Part shown: positions 1-13,679 of the stretch, piece after piece
Position numbering within the stretch: the stretch's first letter is position 1
How the letters are laid out: each line of letters starts with the position of its first letter
NCBI RefSeq assembly: GCF_006345805.1
Contig: NC_043005.1
Span: 39,122,001-39,186,000, forward strand
Reading direction: 5' to 3'
Source: Octopus sinensis
Lineage: Eukaryota
DNA: 64,000 nucleotides
Translations under genes and position numbers: made by a program
Notes under the pieces: model-generated
Database searches by the model: none
What the model saw: only the letters and a program-made list of their open reading frames with translations
Told to the model about the DNA's origin: nothing

Positions 1-90
1 TATACATAAGACATGTATTATACATATACACACACACACACACATACATACATACATACATACATACATACATACATACACACACACACA

Positions 91-130
<40 letters not shown>

Positions 131-643
131 TGAGTACTTGCATCGCTAAAAAATAAAAGTCAAAAGTACTTCTGTGCCACGAAGTAGTCACAAAATTCAT
201 ACATGTATGTATTAATTTTGTGAATATTCCGTGTCACACAAGTATTTTTACTTTTAAATATGCAAATGAAACTCCTATTGCACTATGCCGGTTACAATCT
301 AATGATGCTGACTGGTGAAGCAGTTTTGTGGGTTTGCATCTAGCTGTACGAATATAATGTAGGATAAATATAGTTATAATAACAATAATCTTTGGATGGA
401 ATATATGCTGTAATATAGTGACAAAAAAAGGTTGTGTTGTGATACATTACATAAGTAAAAAAATTTAAACAGAAGTACGACACAAGAAAGAACAGAAAGT
501 ACAAATAAGATAAGGACGTCCTCATTTATTATGAATTGTCCAAAAATCCATACAATTTCATGCCTTTAACTATTGTCGTTAAAATCGTGAAATTCTAAGT
601 TTTAAACACACACTCTCTCCCTCTCTCTCTCTCTCTTTCGTAT

Positions 644-686
<43 letters not shown>

Positions 687-988
687 AATATTAAGCGATT
701 ATCTCCCTTACACCGGAAGAAATCACTTATTACCTCCCCTTATCTGGAACTCTTTCTTCACACTTCTCAACGAAAACATAACGATGTAAGAAATTTGAAA
801 AGCTGAACACGAAACCGGTCATTTCTTCAAAAACTATGTCATTGTATGAAAAAAATTTATAACATTCTTCAGACATGATGACTCAAATATATATTTTTTA
901 ACCTTTTAAAACAAGCCTTTTGTAGTTTTTTCACTTTTTACTATTTTCTATATATTCAACCACGTGCTTTCACACACCAACTTTCTCA

Positions 989-1027
<39 letters not shown>

Positions 1028-2030
1028 GTCATAATCAATTAAAACGCCATTTGTCTATCTTTCTTCTGTTTCCCCATTTCTTCCAATTACACATGATCGG
1101 ACCATAAAAAGAATTTTAAATAGTTAGTTATAGATAGACAATCGAGGTTATTATAGTAGATATAAAATATTTTGCAATTTTCAAATATTTCTTTATTTCA
1201 TTGTCCTTGAATCGGTGTGCCTTGTGAATCGAAAATTATTCTTAGTCATTTGGTAGGTTTGTGGTACCTTTTACAGTTAATGCACAACTACAAATCGTTT
1301 GCAATGGTTTTATGACCCACAATGAGTTTTACAAAAGCATACTGGTTATAGTTTTCTAGTCATGCTTTATGCTACAGCCATAAGGGGAAAAAAGGAACTA
1401 TTATAATACACGCCTTTTTGTGTTAACGTAACTTGTGTCTCAACCAATGAATACATAATTGTCTAGTGCCAGCGTAACTGATAAATTTTACAAAAAACAC
1501 AATTGTCTACTGTCAACATAATTCGTTTCTTCACCATGAACACAAAATTGCCTAGTGTTACCATATCCGGTGTCTCCACAAGCAAAACAAAATTGTCAAT
1601 TGAGATATGTGCTCAGCACATAAGCCTGCCAAACAGGATGAAACAGTTACCATTCATATAGCTGTAAATAAGGTGCAAAAATTTAGTGGAATGACTGGAC
1701 GTTCTACAGACCCTGAAAATATAACTATGTACAATTTGGAACCTTGGTTAAATACTCAAGAGTGTTTGAGAAATTTATCATTGTATAAAGAGAAGGCAAA
1801 TCTTCCCATTTCAAAACTGATGTGAAAGTAATTTACTTGACTAAAATGTGTAAATGATTCGCTATCTAAAGCGAAAATTGAATTTAGCAACATGTTTTAC
1901 AGTAATTGGTCGCCTCTACTATTGCAGTGACACCAATTAACTCTGCAGAAACTTATTTCAAACTTTCATCATATCTGAATATCGCACATAGAAACTTGAA
2001 GTTCTACCGCATAAATATTATCGTCCTTTA

Positions 2031-2077
<47 letters not shown>

Positions 2078-2084
2078 ACAACAT

Positions 2085-2280
2085 TTAATGCATGTTTTCT
2101 ATGCTGGTGTGGGTTGGATGGTTCAATAGGAGCTGGTTTCTACGGCTGGGTAGCCTTCATAAGACTAAACACTTTATAGTGTTTTCTGAATGATATTTTA
2201 TGTGACAACGGAACGAATGAGATCTCCAAGAAACTTGCATGAAAAAGACCACCCTCCTCAACTAATGTGTAAATTTATGC
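2085..2280 (-). mobile_element. Retroposon 3' end with (GAT)n tail (RTE-type tail)
   Basis: (CAT)n at 2031-2076 followed by TTTAATGCATGTTTTCTATGCTGGTGTGGGTTGGATGG; family assignment from memory of similar tails. Confidence 0.45.
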
Positions 2281-2464
2281 GCCAAAATTGTTCAGTATCC
2301 ACCTGAACGGAACATATAGAAATATGGAGACATTGTTAGAAGTAACTTATTACCATGTTTACTAACAGTATAACAGCATAGATTTCGGATACATTAGCAT
2401 GTTAAGAATAGAAACAGGAATTAAAAAATAATGGAGTTTTGTTAAACCTATAGTACTTTACTGT

Positions 2465-2705
2465 GAAAGTGTGTATCCTAGTTGTTAGACGATCGCCAAA
2501 TTGCGGATCCGATTATCCGCTGGCAGTATACTGTGTTCTTGAGCTAAATTCTCCATTTCACGATGACCAGTCCACTCAGCTGCAAATGAATAACCCTGCG
2601 ACGGACTAACGCCACACTCAGAGGGAACATATTGCGATATCAGTTACTTACAAGGCATGGAAACGGGATAAACGACTCTTTTCGCCCTAGGAGTCGAGAC
2701 ATACT
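2465..2705 (+). mobile_element. tRNA-derived SINE, CORE-like central domain (family A)
   Basis: TGTGTTCTTGAGC...TTTCAC...CCAGTCCACTCAGCTG shared with 14888-15120 (-), 15575-15830, 26388-26600, 40605-40860. Confidence 0.65.
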
Positions 2706-3344
2706 GTTCAGTGAATGTTGATGATGATGATGATGATGATGATGATGACGACGACGACGACGACGATGATGATGATGATGACGATGATGATGATGATCAT
2801 CATCATCATCATACTACGGTTCACTTTATTATACTGACTTGCAACTATGTTCAGTATATGCCCGAAGAATAAGAGCTGATATAATAATCTCAATATATGT
2901 AGTAATTACAATTTTTTTTTACCTTATTGTCAGTGTTTCTAAAACTTTCTCCTATTCACTCTTCCGACATTTCCGACGTTTGGGGGAATATCGAAAAGCC
3001 CGACGCATACTTCAGTTTCCTCACTTGTGTATGAATTTGGTAGACGGAAACCGTATGGAAGACTGTCGTACATGTGTGTGTACAGGGGGTTGTATGTGTA
3101 TCTTCCTATCTTTATTTGACACCAGCGCAGTTTGACAACAGGTATTCCTTTGTCTTAAGTCCCCGTAGCTTAACGATTCAACGTAAGACACATCAGAATA
3201 AGGCTTATTGTGATGTGTAAGTCCTAGACTTAAAAAAGAAAAAGATGAGTTCTTGGAGGTGGAGTTTTAAACAAAAAACCCTCAAATCGGTGCCCCAACA
3301 TACTTTTGTTCAATGGCTGAAAAAGATTTATATTTTAACTCTGC

Positions 3345-3720
3345 TACAGGCGCAGACGTGGCTGTGTGGTAACAAACTTGCTTCCCAGCCAGTGTGTGGC
3401 ACTTTGAGCAAGTGTCTTCAAATAAAGCTTTGAGAGCGGATTTGATAGATGGAAACTGAAAGAAGCCCGTTGTATATTTACATATATGAATATATCTATG
3501 TGTATTTGTTTTTCTGTCTGTGTGTGTGTCCCCGCATTACCGCTTGACAACCGATGTGGGTGTCTTTACGTTCCCGTAACTTAAGGTTTCGACAAAAGAG
3601 ACAGATAGAATAAGTACTAGGCTTAAGAAATTAATCCTAGGTTAATTTGTTCGATTAAAAACCTTCAAGGTAGTGCTCCAGCTTGGCCGCAGTCAAATTA
3701 CTGAAACAAGTAAAAAGAAA
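3345..3720 (+). mobile_element. tRNA-derived SINE with internal microsatellite and CR1/L2-like tail (family B)
   Basis: GTGTGGTAACAAACTTGCTTCCC head, GATGGAAACTGAAAGAAGCCCG, tail GGTAGTGCTCCAGCTTGGCCGCAGTC...CTGAAAC; relatives at 17340-17525, 23510-23610, 44070-44415 (-), 46365-46565 (-). Confidence 0.75.
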
Positions 3721-3884
3721 TTAAGTCGTTACTGAGATAAAATGATAGGATGCATTAATATATCCAAACTGGGTCCTCTAACAGATGAAAGGAATTTCCA
3801 GTGATTTTGAATATACACCACCATTAGATTATTATTTACATAATTTAGATTTAACGGATATTCGTCCTCATCTTGTTTGTTGTT

Positions 3885-3930
3885 AACACAACGTTTCGCC
3901 TGATATACCCTCCAGCCTTCATCAGGTGTC
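3885..3930 (-). ncRNA. Minimal type I hammerhead ribozyme motif (one stem II mismatch)
   Basis: Minus strand reads GACAC-CTGATGA-A-GGCTG-GAGGGTATAT-CAGGC-GAAA-CGTT-GTGTT: stem I GACAC/GTGTT, both core boxes, palindromic ACGT in place of stem III. Confidence 0.75.
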
Positions 3931-3985
3931 TTCAGGAAATTTCGATCCTGGATTCTCATTCCTTAGGTATTTTTCGATGTTATTA

Positions 3986-4040
<55 letters not shown>

Positions 4041-4166
4041 CATTATTCAAGTTACTGCTTGGAATCGAACTCGGAATCTTGGGGTTAGTAGCCCGCGCTC
4101 TTAACCCCAAGATTCCGAGTCCAATTACAGGCAGTGACCTGAATAGTAATGATGATAATAATAATA

Positions 4167-4211
<45 letters not shown>

Positions 4212-4225
4212 TATAATAATAATAA

Positions 4226-4293
<68 letters not shown>

Positions 4294-4346
4294 ACAACAT
4301 CGAAAAATACCTTAGGAATGAGAACCCAGGTTCGAAATTTCCCCAA

Positions 4347-4392
4347 GACACCTGCTGAAGGCTGGAGAGTACATCAGCCGAAATATTGAGTT
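4347..4392 (+). ncRNA. Degenerate hammerhead ribozyme copy (probably inactive)
   Basis: GACAC-CTGCTGA-A-GGCTG...CAGCC-GAAA-TATT-GAGTT; core A6 changed to C, CG changed to TA, stem I mismatch. Confidence 0.6.
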
Positions 4393-4647
4393 AACAACAA
4401 AGATGAGGAAAAATATCCGTCAGATATAAATAATGTACATAATTCCTCATCTCTTAAATATAGAACTGTATTACCATTAGATTAGATGACGTTAAAAATG
4501 TGTAAAAGCATATGTAGGGGATCAAGTAATCGAATTGAAGTGTATCTTATTTCGGCAGATAGCACATATCAGCGAACAGTTTGCTCGCTAAAAAGATAAA
4601 GAAGTGCATCAGCTCTTCTTAGGTTCATTAGTCCTGGAGTACCAAGA

Positions 4648-5165
4648 TTAATGATGCCAAACACCGACATCGAAACTCCGGCTATCCCAGAATCTCATAT
4701 CCGTTTTAAATACATATTCTTTCGGAAAGGCGAAGATGCTATCCGGTGATGAAATACATCTGCGATTACTATATTCACGTTCGAAACTACCAGAACGTAT
4801 GAAGAAATATGCAAATGATCGTCTCAGATCTCGCTGTTTATCGTGCTCATGACAATTTATTATTGTTTGGTAGATATCAGCATGGATCAGTGAACAACCT
4901 ATTCGTTTAACCGTGTTATAGAAGTCAGGGGCAAAAGACTTTGCTTCTTGGTAGATTGAATAGTCAGGGGCACTGTGGGCTGACGAAACACAATGATATC
5001 GAAACACCGACTGGCCCCGAATCCCTTTTGCTAATGAATCAAATGTGATTATGAACGCACGCAAAGGAGAAACTTTTCTCCTCTGACGGAACGTAACAGC
5101 GATTAGCATAATCACGTTCAAATCTGTCGTAACGTATTAAGAAAGAATATGCATATCATCGTTGT
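4648..5165 (-). pseudogene. Unidentified coding-derived sequence made of two diverged ~335-bp units
   Basis: 157-codon non-repetitive open frame; units align as R*YAYSFLIRYDRFERDYANR-C vs RSFAY-FFIRSGSFEREYSNRRC with 3-bp indels. Confidence 0.4.
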
Positions 5166-5289
5166 TCATTTTTTTTTTGTTTTTCCGTGTTATATGAAAA
5201 ATACTAGAAGACATATGAATGAGCATGAACCTCAGTAATAAAGGTTATTGTATGTTTCATTGTTTGTTTGGTAGTGGGAGAGAGTAAAC

Positions 5290-5320
<31 letters not shown>

Positions 5321-5506
5321 GTCGGTTAGAGGTTACAATGACAAATGACGGTACTGAAAGATTATGATGAGAGCATGTGACATGTGAATACGTGAGAGAT
5401 GTTGAAAGAAGCAGTCCTATGCATGCCTATTGTCAGCTGAGATAACCTTTGCTGTATGCATGTTTGTCTCTCTCTCCTTCTGTCTCTCTCTTTCTCTCTT
5501 CCTCCT

Positions 5507-5549
<43 letters not shown>

Positions 5550-5682
5550 ATATATATATGTGTGTGTATATAGTTGCATGTATGTATACACACATATCTG
5601 TTCATATTTACATATATATGTGTATGCAAGTGTGTGTTTGTGGATGTGCAGGTGTATCGCTGCGTGCAGCTACATACATGTG

Positions 5683-5733
<51 letters not shown>

Positions 5734-5827
5734 ACATGCAGTTAATATACCCGTAGACCTAGGCATACATATATACAATGCACACATACGTAAAAGCAGA
5801 TATATACAAATATGTATGGTGGTAAAT

Positions 5828-5867
<40 letters not shown>

Positions 5868-6779
5868 GTGTATGTGTGTTAGTGTGTGTGTGTGTGTGTG
5901 TATGTAGGCACACACACACACACACAACATATATGCTTACACATAAGTACCCTCTACTCATGTGTGAGCATTACTTTTTTTTATTTCTCACAGTTAACCC
6001 ATTGTCGCTGCTGATGAAGTGCTTGTTAAGATTAGGTTCTATGGGAATATTATGCTTTTTATGAATAAGGATTCGTTGATAAATCACATTTGTTCGTCTG
6101 TTATTTCTTTTACTTAATTGGGGGCTTTCTTTCACGGATTCGTCTATCGAATGTTGCAACGTGCATGAATGCAAAGTTGGATTCTTGTCGCTAGATGGTT
6201 AAGCTTTTTTTTTGAGGAACTGTTTATCGTATATATACGCGCACGCACTATATGTGTGTAGCGTGTGTGTTTGTGGGTGCACGTATGGTTGAGGGTGTTT
6301 GTGTGTGTGTGTGAGTGTGAGTGAATGTGTGTATGTGTACGAGAGAGAGATAGAAACAGTTAGAGAAAGACTGTGTGTAACAGTAGTTCTTCTTTCAGAT
6401 ATATTTTTAGAGTTTCATTTCCTTGAAAAAAAATATTTGTTGGTTGTCATGGTCAGTGTGGTGGCGATCGTCGTGCTATTATAACGTTGATGGTGTTTCT
6501 GCAGCGGTTGTTGTTATTTTTAGCCCTAGGTCAGCCTTATTCAAACATACTGATTATGACGGGTATTAGGTCAATTTCTACAACTAAATTTTGCAGTAAG
6601 TTCTTACCTTTAAACTCGTGGGAAACTTAGCAGGCATTATGCTCCGGAAATTATAGAAACCAGCGTAAAATATATTCATAAAATGTGCGGCCCAAATATG
6701 CGATATAGAAAGATTTATTTATGGGTTATACATGTGATACAAGAAAACTCTTTGGAACGATTTTTTTTAGATTATGAAA

Positions 6780-7700
6780 GTAGTGAAGGTTGTTTAGGCC
6801 AGGAGTGGTTAATCTCTGTAGATGAAAGTTTAAGGAGGGGCGAAGTTATCTGCGAAGGTGTGCATGTTTTATGGAGTGAGGAAGTGGCAGAAAGTAAGAT
6901 ATTAATGCAGAGATAGAATTTTGAGGGTGTGGACATGACAATTGAAACTTGGATAGATCATGCTTCCTAAATGTGAATTAGGAGAAATTTGTCGGCACAT
7001 CCTGGATTGAGAAGTATCTTCTGATCTAGAGAAGTATAGAGGCCGATGGTTGACAAACATAATTAGGTCTTCGTGGTGGAATTCTTTGTTGGAGTGTGAC
7101 AGTACTATATTCGTCAACGTCAAAGAACTCAAACCATTGGGGAGTGCAAATAAGAGAGAAGCTGAAATTGGGTTTCTGTGGGAAAAGAGACCACATCACA
7201 CTATTGAAACGCTGAAAGTGAGAACTATATTTCGGTAATTAAGAACGAAAAATACGTTTCTCCTCTTGAGTGGAATACATCATGATGTCTGTCCAAAAAC
7301 TGATTCATGGAAAGAGAGAAAAGGCTTACAAGAGTTTGGTGAGGAAAATAGCTATACCTCCAAAAGTGATGAGAAAGACAGAGTCTAGATCAGTCAGCTC
7401 ATGAGTTTGAGGTGACTGGCAGAGTTAGTGAGATTAGGAGTATACAGCGTGGCTGATTGTAAGCGTAGGCGTGTTGAGTGCATGCAATGTGTAGTTTGGT
7501 GCAAAACGCCAGGGAATATGATGGATATTTCAGACGACAGGTTAGCTTATTCAGGAGATGTTGCTCAAGTAAATCTTCAATTTCAGGAGAGAACTTCTCT
7601 TTACGTGGCTACTGCAATATCGAAGGAAGGTTAATTAGTAAATTCTGTAAAAAAAATATTAGTGCTTATAAAGGTACTTAGTACACACAGAAGGTGATAT
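6780..7700 (-). mobile_element. Highly decayed LINE apurinic-endonuclease region
   Basis: Fragments such as EFHHEDLIMFVNHRP...SPNSHLGSMI resemble F..DL.Q.V..PT...SPLG.SDH of APE domains; many stops. Confidence 0.4.
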
Positions 7701-8206
7701 GCAGCCGGGAGAGACATGAGACCAATTCTTGCTATCATTTTTGCCCCTATTGCTTCAACACAGCTGCAACTACCCTTGTGTTTGGAAGATCTCAGTGAAC
7801 TGATTTTTAATATTTTTCAGACAGCGAAACAAGTTGGCTGACAAAGATAGTTTGCCTAAATACGTGGTAGGTATGAGGAACTAGCTATTTTTAAGGACGG
7901 TTCAAATTTTTAGTTTTGTAGGAAATTGTGAGATGTGTTTTGTTGATTAGCTAATAATACGAGATCAACGGGTTTTCTCAGACACCTTCACGAGTGTTAT
8001 GTGACTAATATGATCGATAAATTGCTCCGTTTTTATATATCTTTATATAATTAGCTATCACTATGCTATTGGGTGTCTTACAATGAGCAGAACACAAAAG
8101 AAGAGACATACTTTTGTTTTATACCGCTGAATAGATTGTATACAGATTATAAGTGCATATCTGTATGAATATGAAACCAAACTGCAAATGTGATTATATA
8201 TACATG

Positions 8207-8284
<78 letters not shown>

Positions 8285-8352
8285 TTAAAATTACTAAGTC
8301 TCTCTAAAAGAGATTACGGCAGCGTTACTGGAAATTAATATGGCGATAACAA

Positions 8353-8391
<39 letters not shown>

Positions 8392-8759
8392 GCACGCACA
8401 CACAAGTTTAGATGTGCACACATACACACACAGAAACGTTAATATATATTTTGTCTTCAAAAGTTATATAGTGTTGACAGAGTGTAAATTTTCAAATGCA
8501 CGCATATGCAGCCATACAGAATATGTGATATATACACATATATTATAGGTGCATACAAAAAGAGACACAAGCACATAAAATTCATATACGCACGAACACA
8601 TACACACACGTACGTGAACATTCGCACATTCTATTCGTTTTCTTTGCAAACCATTACCGTGAAATGCAAAACCATATTATATGTTTGTGTGTATGTCTGT
8701 ATGTATGAATTTGTGTGTTTATATAAAAATATACATGTATACAAGCATATATAAATATA

Positions 8760-8873
8760 TGTAAAATACAAGGACGTGTTTACTTATACATGTATTTATA
8801 TATATATATAAGTGATTATATATATACATGCACATATATCTGTGCGTGTTTTTATATATGTACATATGCATAC

Positions 8874-8923
<50 letters not shown>

Positions 8924-8971
8924 GCACAAACACACACACATATATATATGTATATATATATATTTATATAC

Positions 8972-9006
<35 letters not shown>

Positions 9007-9062
9007 CATATATATATACATATATATATATACATATATATATACATATATATATACATATA

Positions 9063-9158
<96 letters not shown>

Positions 9159-9175
9159 GAGAGAGAGAGAGAGAG
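8760..9175. repeat. Compound (TA)n/(CA)n/(GA)n microsatellite
   Basis: Direct inspection; representative of dozens of similar arrays in the window. Confidence 0.95.
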
Positions 9176-9644
9176 ATACTAATAAATTGGTGCTTGAAAA
9201 CGTACTACCAAGTACCCAGAAACGCACACACACACATACACGCACACAAAGATTCAACTACTTCTTTATAAGCTCGTCTGTATGCGCATCTTTATGCTAG
9301 TGTATATGTCTTTTCGTAGTTGTATGAATTTGTATTTCGACTTATTCATGCAGTACAGTGAATAAAATATACAAGAAGAAAGACGAATTGTTTCACACGA
9401 ACACCCAGCAGCTGTTACAAATCAAATAAGTGCACCAGACGAGCAAGCGCACTCGCTTATTTAAAGAAACTAACAGCCAGTGCACTTAGCAGCAGAAGTC
9501 CATACAATGAGTACTGTCATTTTAAGCAGAGCTTCGCTATATCCGTTAAATTTGTACTTGCAAATATACATACGTACATACATACATACATACATGCATA
9601 CATACATATATACACAAGTACATACATACAGACACACACACACC

Positions 9645-9675
<31 letters not shown>

Positions 9676-10062
9676 CATATATTTATATATATATTATACA
9701 TATATTTATATATATTTACACCCCCACACACACGCACACACACACACATACACATATATATATATACATACACATCATATACATGTGTGTGGGTGTGTGT
9801 TTGGGTTTGGGTGAGTCTATGTGTGTTTGTGTACGTAGTTGTGCATTCACCGTTTCGTTTACAAAATATACATATAAACATCTGAGCGTGTGTATGTGCG
9901 TATATACATACATCTACAGATATACAAATATGTATATATATATGCACGGTCTAAGCTAGTTTTGTTGACTATATGGGATATATATTTTCTTATATACATA
10001 TATACCTATTACATATATTATGCATATATATGTGTGAGTGCGTGTATGTGAATATACACATA

Positions 10063-10110
<48 letters not shown>

Positions 10111-10614
10111 CATACATATATATATGTATACACACATATGTGTGTATACATACATATACATCTTTGTATGTCCACATTAAATATATGTATATGATTATAA
10201 TATGTATATATGCATACATATTTTCATAAATACATCTAGGTACATTACACACACGTGTGTGTGTGTGTTTGTGTGTGTACGTGAGCTTATGTAGTAAAGG
10301 AGGTATGCGTGTGCGAGCTTATGTGGTAAATAGTTTGTGTGTGTAAATGATTGTATGAAACGTCAGTTACAAACCAATACAATAGATATGAAGCTAACCT
10401 GAAACACTGTATAATATATTCGCATACAAAACGGTTTCTAGAAACCAATATGGAATATGTGCAAAGTAGTTTTGTCTTGTTCATCTTATAGTAAAGTTTT
10501 GAGTTGAGGAAGAACTATTAATGTGGCAAGTAACAAATCTTTGCTAATTTATTGGTTAGGCCAACTAGGATAATAACAGTTCATAGTTATTGCCACATTT
10601 ATCTAAGAGTCCTC

Positions 10615-10728
<114 letters not shown>

Positions 10729-10779
10729 TTCTATGTATCTATGTATGTATGTATGTATGTATGTATCTATCTATCTATC

Positions 10780-10814
<35 letters not shown>

Positions 10815-10861
10815 CTGATGGTAATAAATTCCTTATGTACATACATATGACTATGTTTGTA

Positions 10862-10925
<64 letters not shown>

Positions 10926-10950
10926 CATATATATATATATACATACATGC

Positions 10951-10981
<31 letters not shown>

Positions 10982-11389
10982 AACGCACATGCACACACGT
11001 GTGTGTGCGTGTATATGAATATATGCATGTTTGTATATTTATAATTTGTGCAGAATAAGATTTATATCAATATCATTCAGTCAATGAATTTCATTGCTAC
11101 GATTCACTCCGAAAGACACTTTCATAATACACGCACCCAAATGCAACGATACAGAAACACTAATAGATGCACACAGAAATATTCATACACGCATATACAA
11201 AGTTACAGGCGCGCGGGAGCACACACACACACGCATGCACCCATAAACGTGCACGCATAAACACATATGCGGAAACACATAATATAATTAACATTTTTAT
11301 ATAGGTTTGTGTGTGTTACTTAAAACAAGAGATTTAAATTAAGCACTATAACACCACAACAAAGTAAACATGAACAGTTCAAAGCTAAA

Positions 11390-11915
11390 TCGATGTTGCT
11401 GTTCTTGTTGAGAGCAGTTTGGAAGCAGGCACCAAGATTAGGAAAGCACAGGCATAGACACCCTGTAACAAACCAAAGAAGCTCTGGAATTCCAATTTGT
11501 TCATGCGAATAAAAATCAAGCTGTTCATTGTGCCTGACGAATCATTGTTATATATAGCAGTAAAATATAGACACTGACAATGAAATTATCAAACAGGCTA
11601 GATGCCTGTTGCACTAGGTTGCTACGAATGCCCCTAAATGTGAAATGGCGACTACGTACGACAAACGGATGCTTTTATGCAGACCTGTCGAAATTTAACG
11701 AGAAAATCAGAGAAAGACGGCTGCGATTAATCTGGTCACTACGTGTCTCTTCCTGAACTGGAAGCATCCAAATTTGTCTTGTGGAACCCTCTTCTGGACG
11801 ATGTACAAAAAGGAAAACGTCGTCACACTGACATTGACAATTTGATCGCCAACACTGGCCTGGAATGTATATAGATTAGAATCCAGCCATAATAATTTTA
11901 AAAAAAGCACTATTC
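11390..11915 (+). mobile_element. RTE-clade LINE RT C-terminal remnant
   Basis: LWNSNL...IKIKLF...ESLLLY...TLT...RLDACCTRLLRM.LNVKW...IRERRLRL.GH...ASKFVLW (with stops/frameshifts). Confidence 0.75.
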
Positions 11916-12534
11916 CCTTATATCAGTCCTGATATGGGGGAATAGTAATTGTGAGGCAGAGTCTCACAATAACCGACTTGAAATCTCACAAACAACCTAA
12001 AGCCCTATAATTTTTTTCAGTTATACATGTATGAACAAAAAGGAGATGAGTTGACAAAAGGGGGTGAGTTGACAAAAGCTGATCGGACAAAATGCTTAGC
12101 GGAATTTCTTCCGGTTCTCTACGTTCTGATTTCAGTTCCTCCTGAAGTTAACTTTGCCTTTTATCCCTTCGAGATCTGTAAAATAAGATATCATTCAAGC
12201 AATAAATATTATCCCTCCTCTCAAAATTGCCGACCTTGAACCCTGCAACTAACCGTTATACTGTTCAGGGAAATGTAATTTCGATCACTTGTACGCTATG
12301 GAAACCGTGTAACCGGTCTTATGAGTCCTAAAAAAAAAAACCAGTGGGAATGAATGGAGACGAGGAAACGAAGACAGAACGATACACAGACATGTGCAAA
12401 TAAACACGTACAAACTTGAATGCTTTCACACTCACAATGACATAGAGAAACACACATAAACAATTATTTGTAATATCTGCAGTACCATTTCACCCATTAT
12501 TAGCGTTTAAAGACACGGACGGTGTTGGTATCAA

Positions 12535-13176
12535 GTGCAAAGTTCTTCTTCCTGCAGTCACTTATCCAAATGGTTAATGCAGACTCCATGCTTACGATGG
12601 CCTTATTGCAGTAAGTTATCACCCTTTTCGCTATCTTGTAAAAAGTCACTTTTTCCGTCGCTCTTATATTTATTCGTCCTTCATGATGTAGCGAACGGTA
12701 GATTCATTGATGCCGTAGTGGCGACCTACGTCCGTATACCTTCTCTCTTCCTTAAGCAAGTCGAAGAGTTTCACCTTCTCTGTTATAGCAAGCACCTCCT
12801 CTGACGTTTGGGTTTACTGCCAGAAGTTTTAGAAGCTACACCGTAGGGCATGAAATAAATTCACAATTTTACGCACAAATGCAAAACAACACCACTCATT
12901 CGCCTCCTGAAGTTTGTTTTCCATACACTATGAGCGATTCTTTGTTTATTTACCTACGGTACAGTACGTATTTTCTTTTAATATATTTTAAGTAATGTAT
13001 TATACAATGTAGTATTTTCATTAAATATTAGGCGTGAAAAATGCTCACTTTACCACGAAAAAAAACTGCGATATACGGAGGAGTCTATGATTTAAATTTA
13101 CATATATTAGTCAGAAAAATACGAGATGTACTGAGGGCACGATAGGTCAAGCGCGATATAATGAGTGATTACTGTA
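12535..13176 (-). mobile_element. Tigger/pogo DNA transposon 5' fragment
   Basis: Minus strand KPKRQRRCL-ITEKVKLFDLLKEERRYTDVGRHYGINESTVRYIMKDE...MESALTIWISDCRKKN (CENP-B-type HTH); end TA-CAGTAATCACTCATTATATCGCG resembles a Tigger TIR. Confidence 0.85.
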
Positions 13177-13181
13177 TGTAC

Positions 13182-13218
<37 letters not shown>

Positions 13219-13647
13219 CTTAATCACGGCATATATTCGGAGAATATCGAAATGTCAAAAACACATATATATTTAGTTTATCTGTACAATTCTTAACGAA
13301 GTTTTTACAGTGAAATGAACGTAAAAATCAGAGTTGTAATTAACTTAAGGAAATGAGCTACTTTTTGCAATTATAGGACTAAATATTTGCAATTATCAAG
13401 ATACAAATTACTTTAGCGAGGAATAATTATTTCTTGTTATAATTGCGTGTTTTAAATCGCATATACGAACACATACAAATACACGCACACTCTCACGCAC
13501 GAACACAAGCTCACACACAAACAAATATAGCATAGTGTGCAAACATTGGGTGAATATCCCTTTGGGTAAATATATATATATATATATTTATATATGATGT
13601 GTGCTTGTATATGTGTATGTATATATATATGAGTGCGCGTAAGATAT

Positions 13648-13679
<32 letters not shown>

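Larger units (their letters stand above)
3832..4472. mobile_element. Non-coding Penelope-like terminal derivative: head-to-head inverted pair (minus copy 3832-4106, plus copy 4102-4472), each with partial tRNA-like head, (AAT)n tract and hammerhead motif
   Basis: Both arms match the terminus found downstream of the GIY-YIG remnant at 62.6-63.0 kb; identical 12-bp direct repeat ACCATTAGATTA at 3820-3831 and 4473-4484 (putative TSD); arms overlap at TAACC (4102-4106). Confidence 0.8.
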
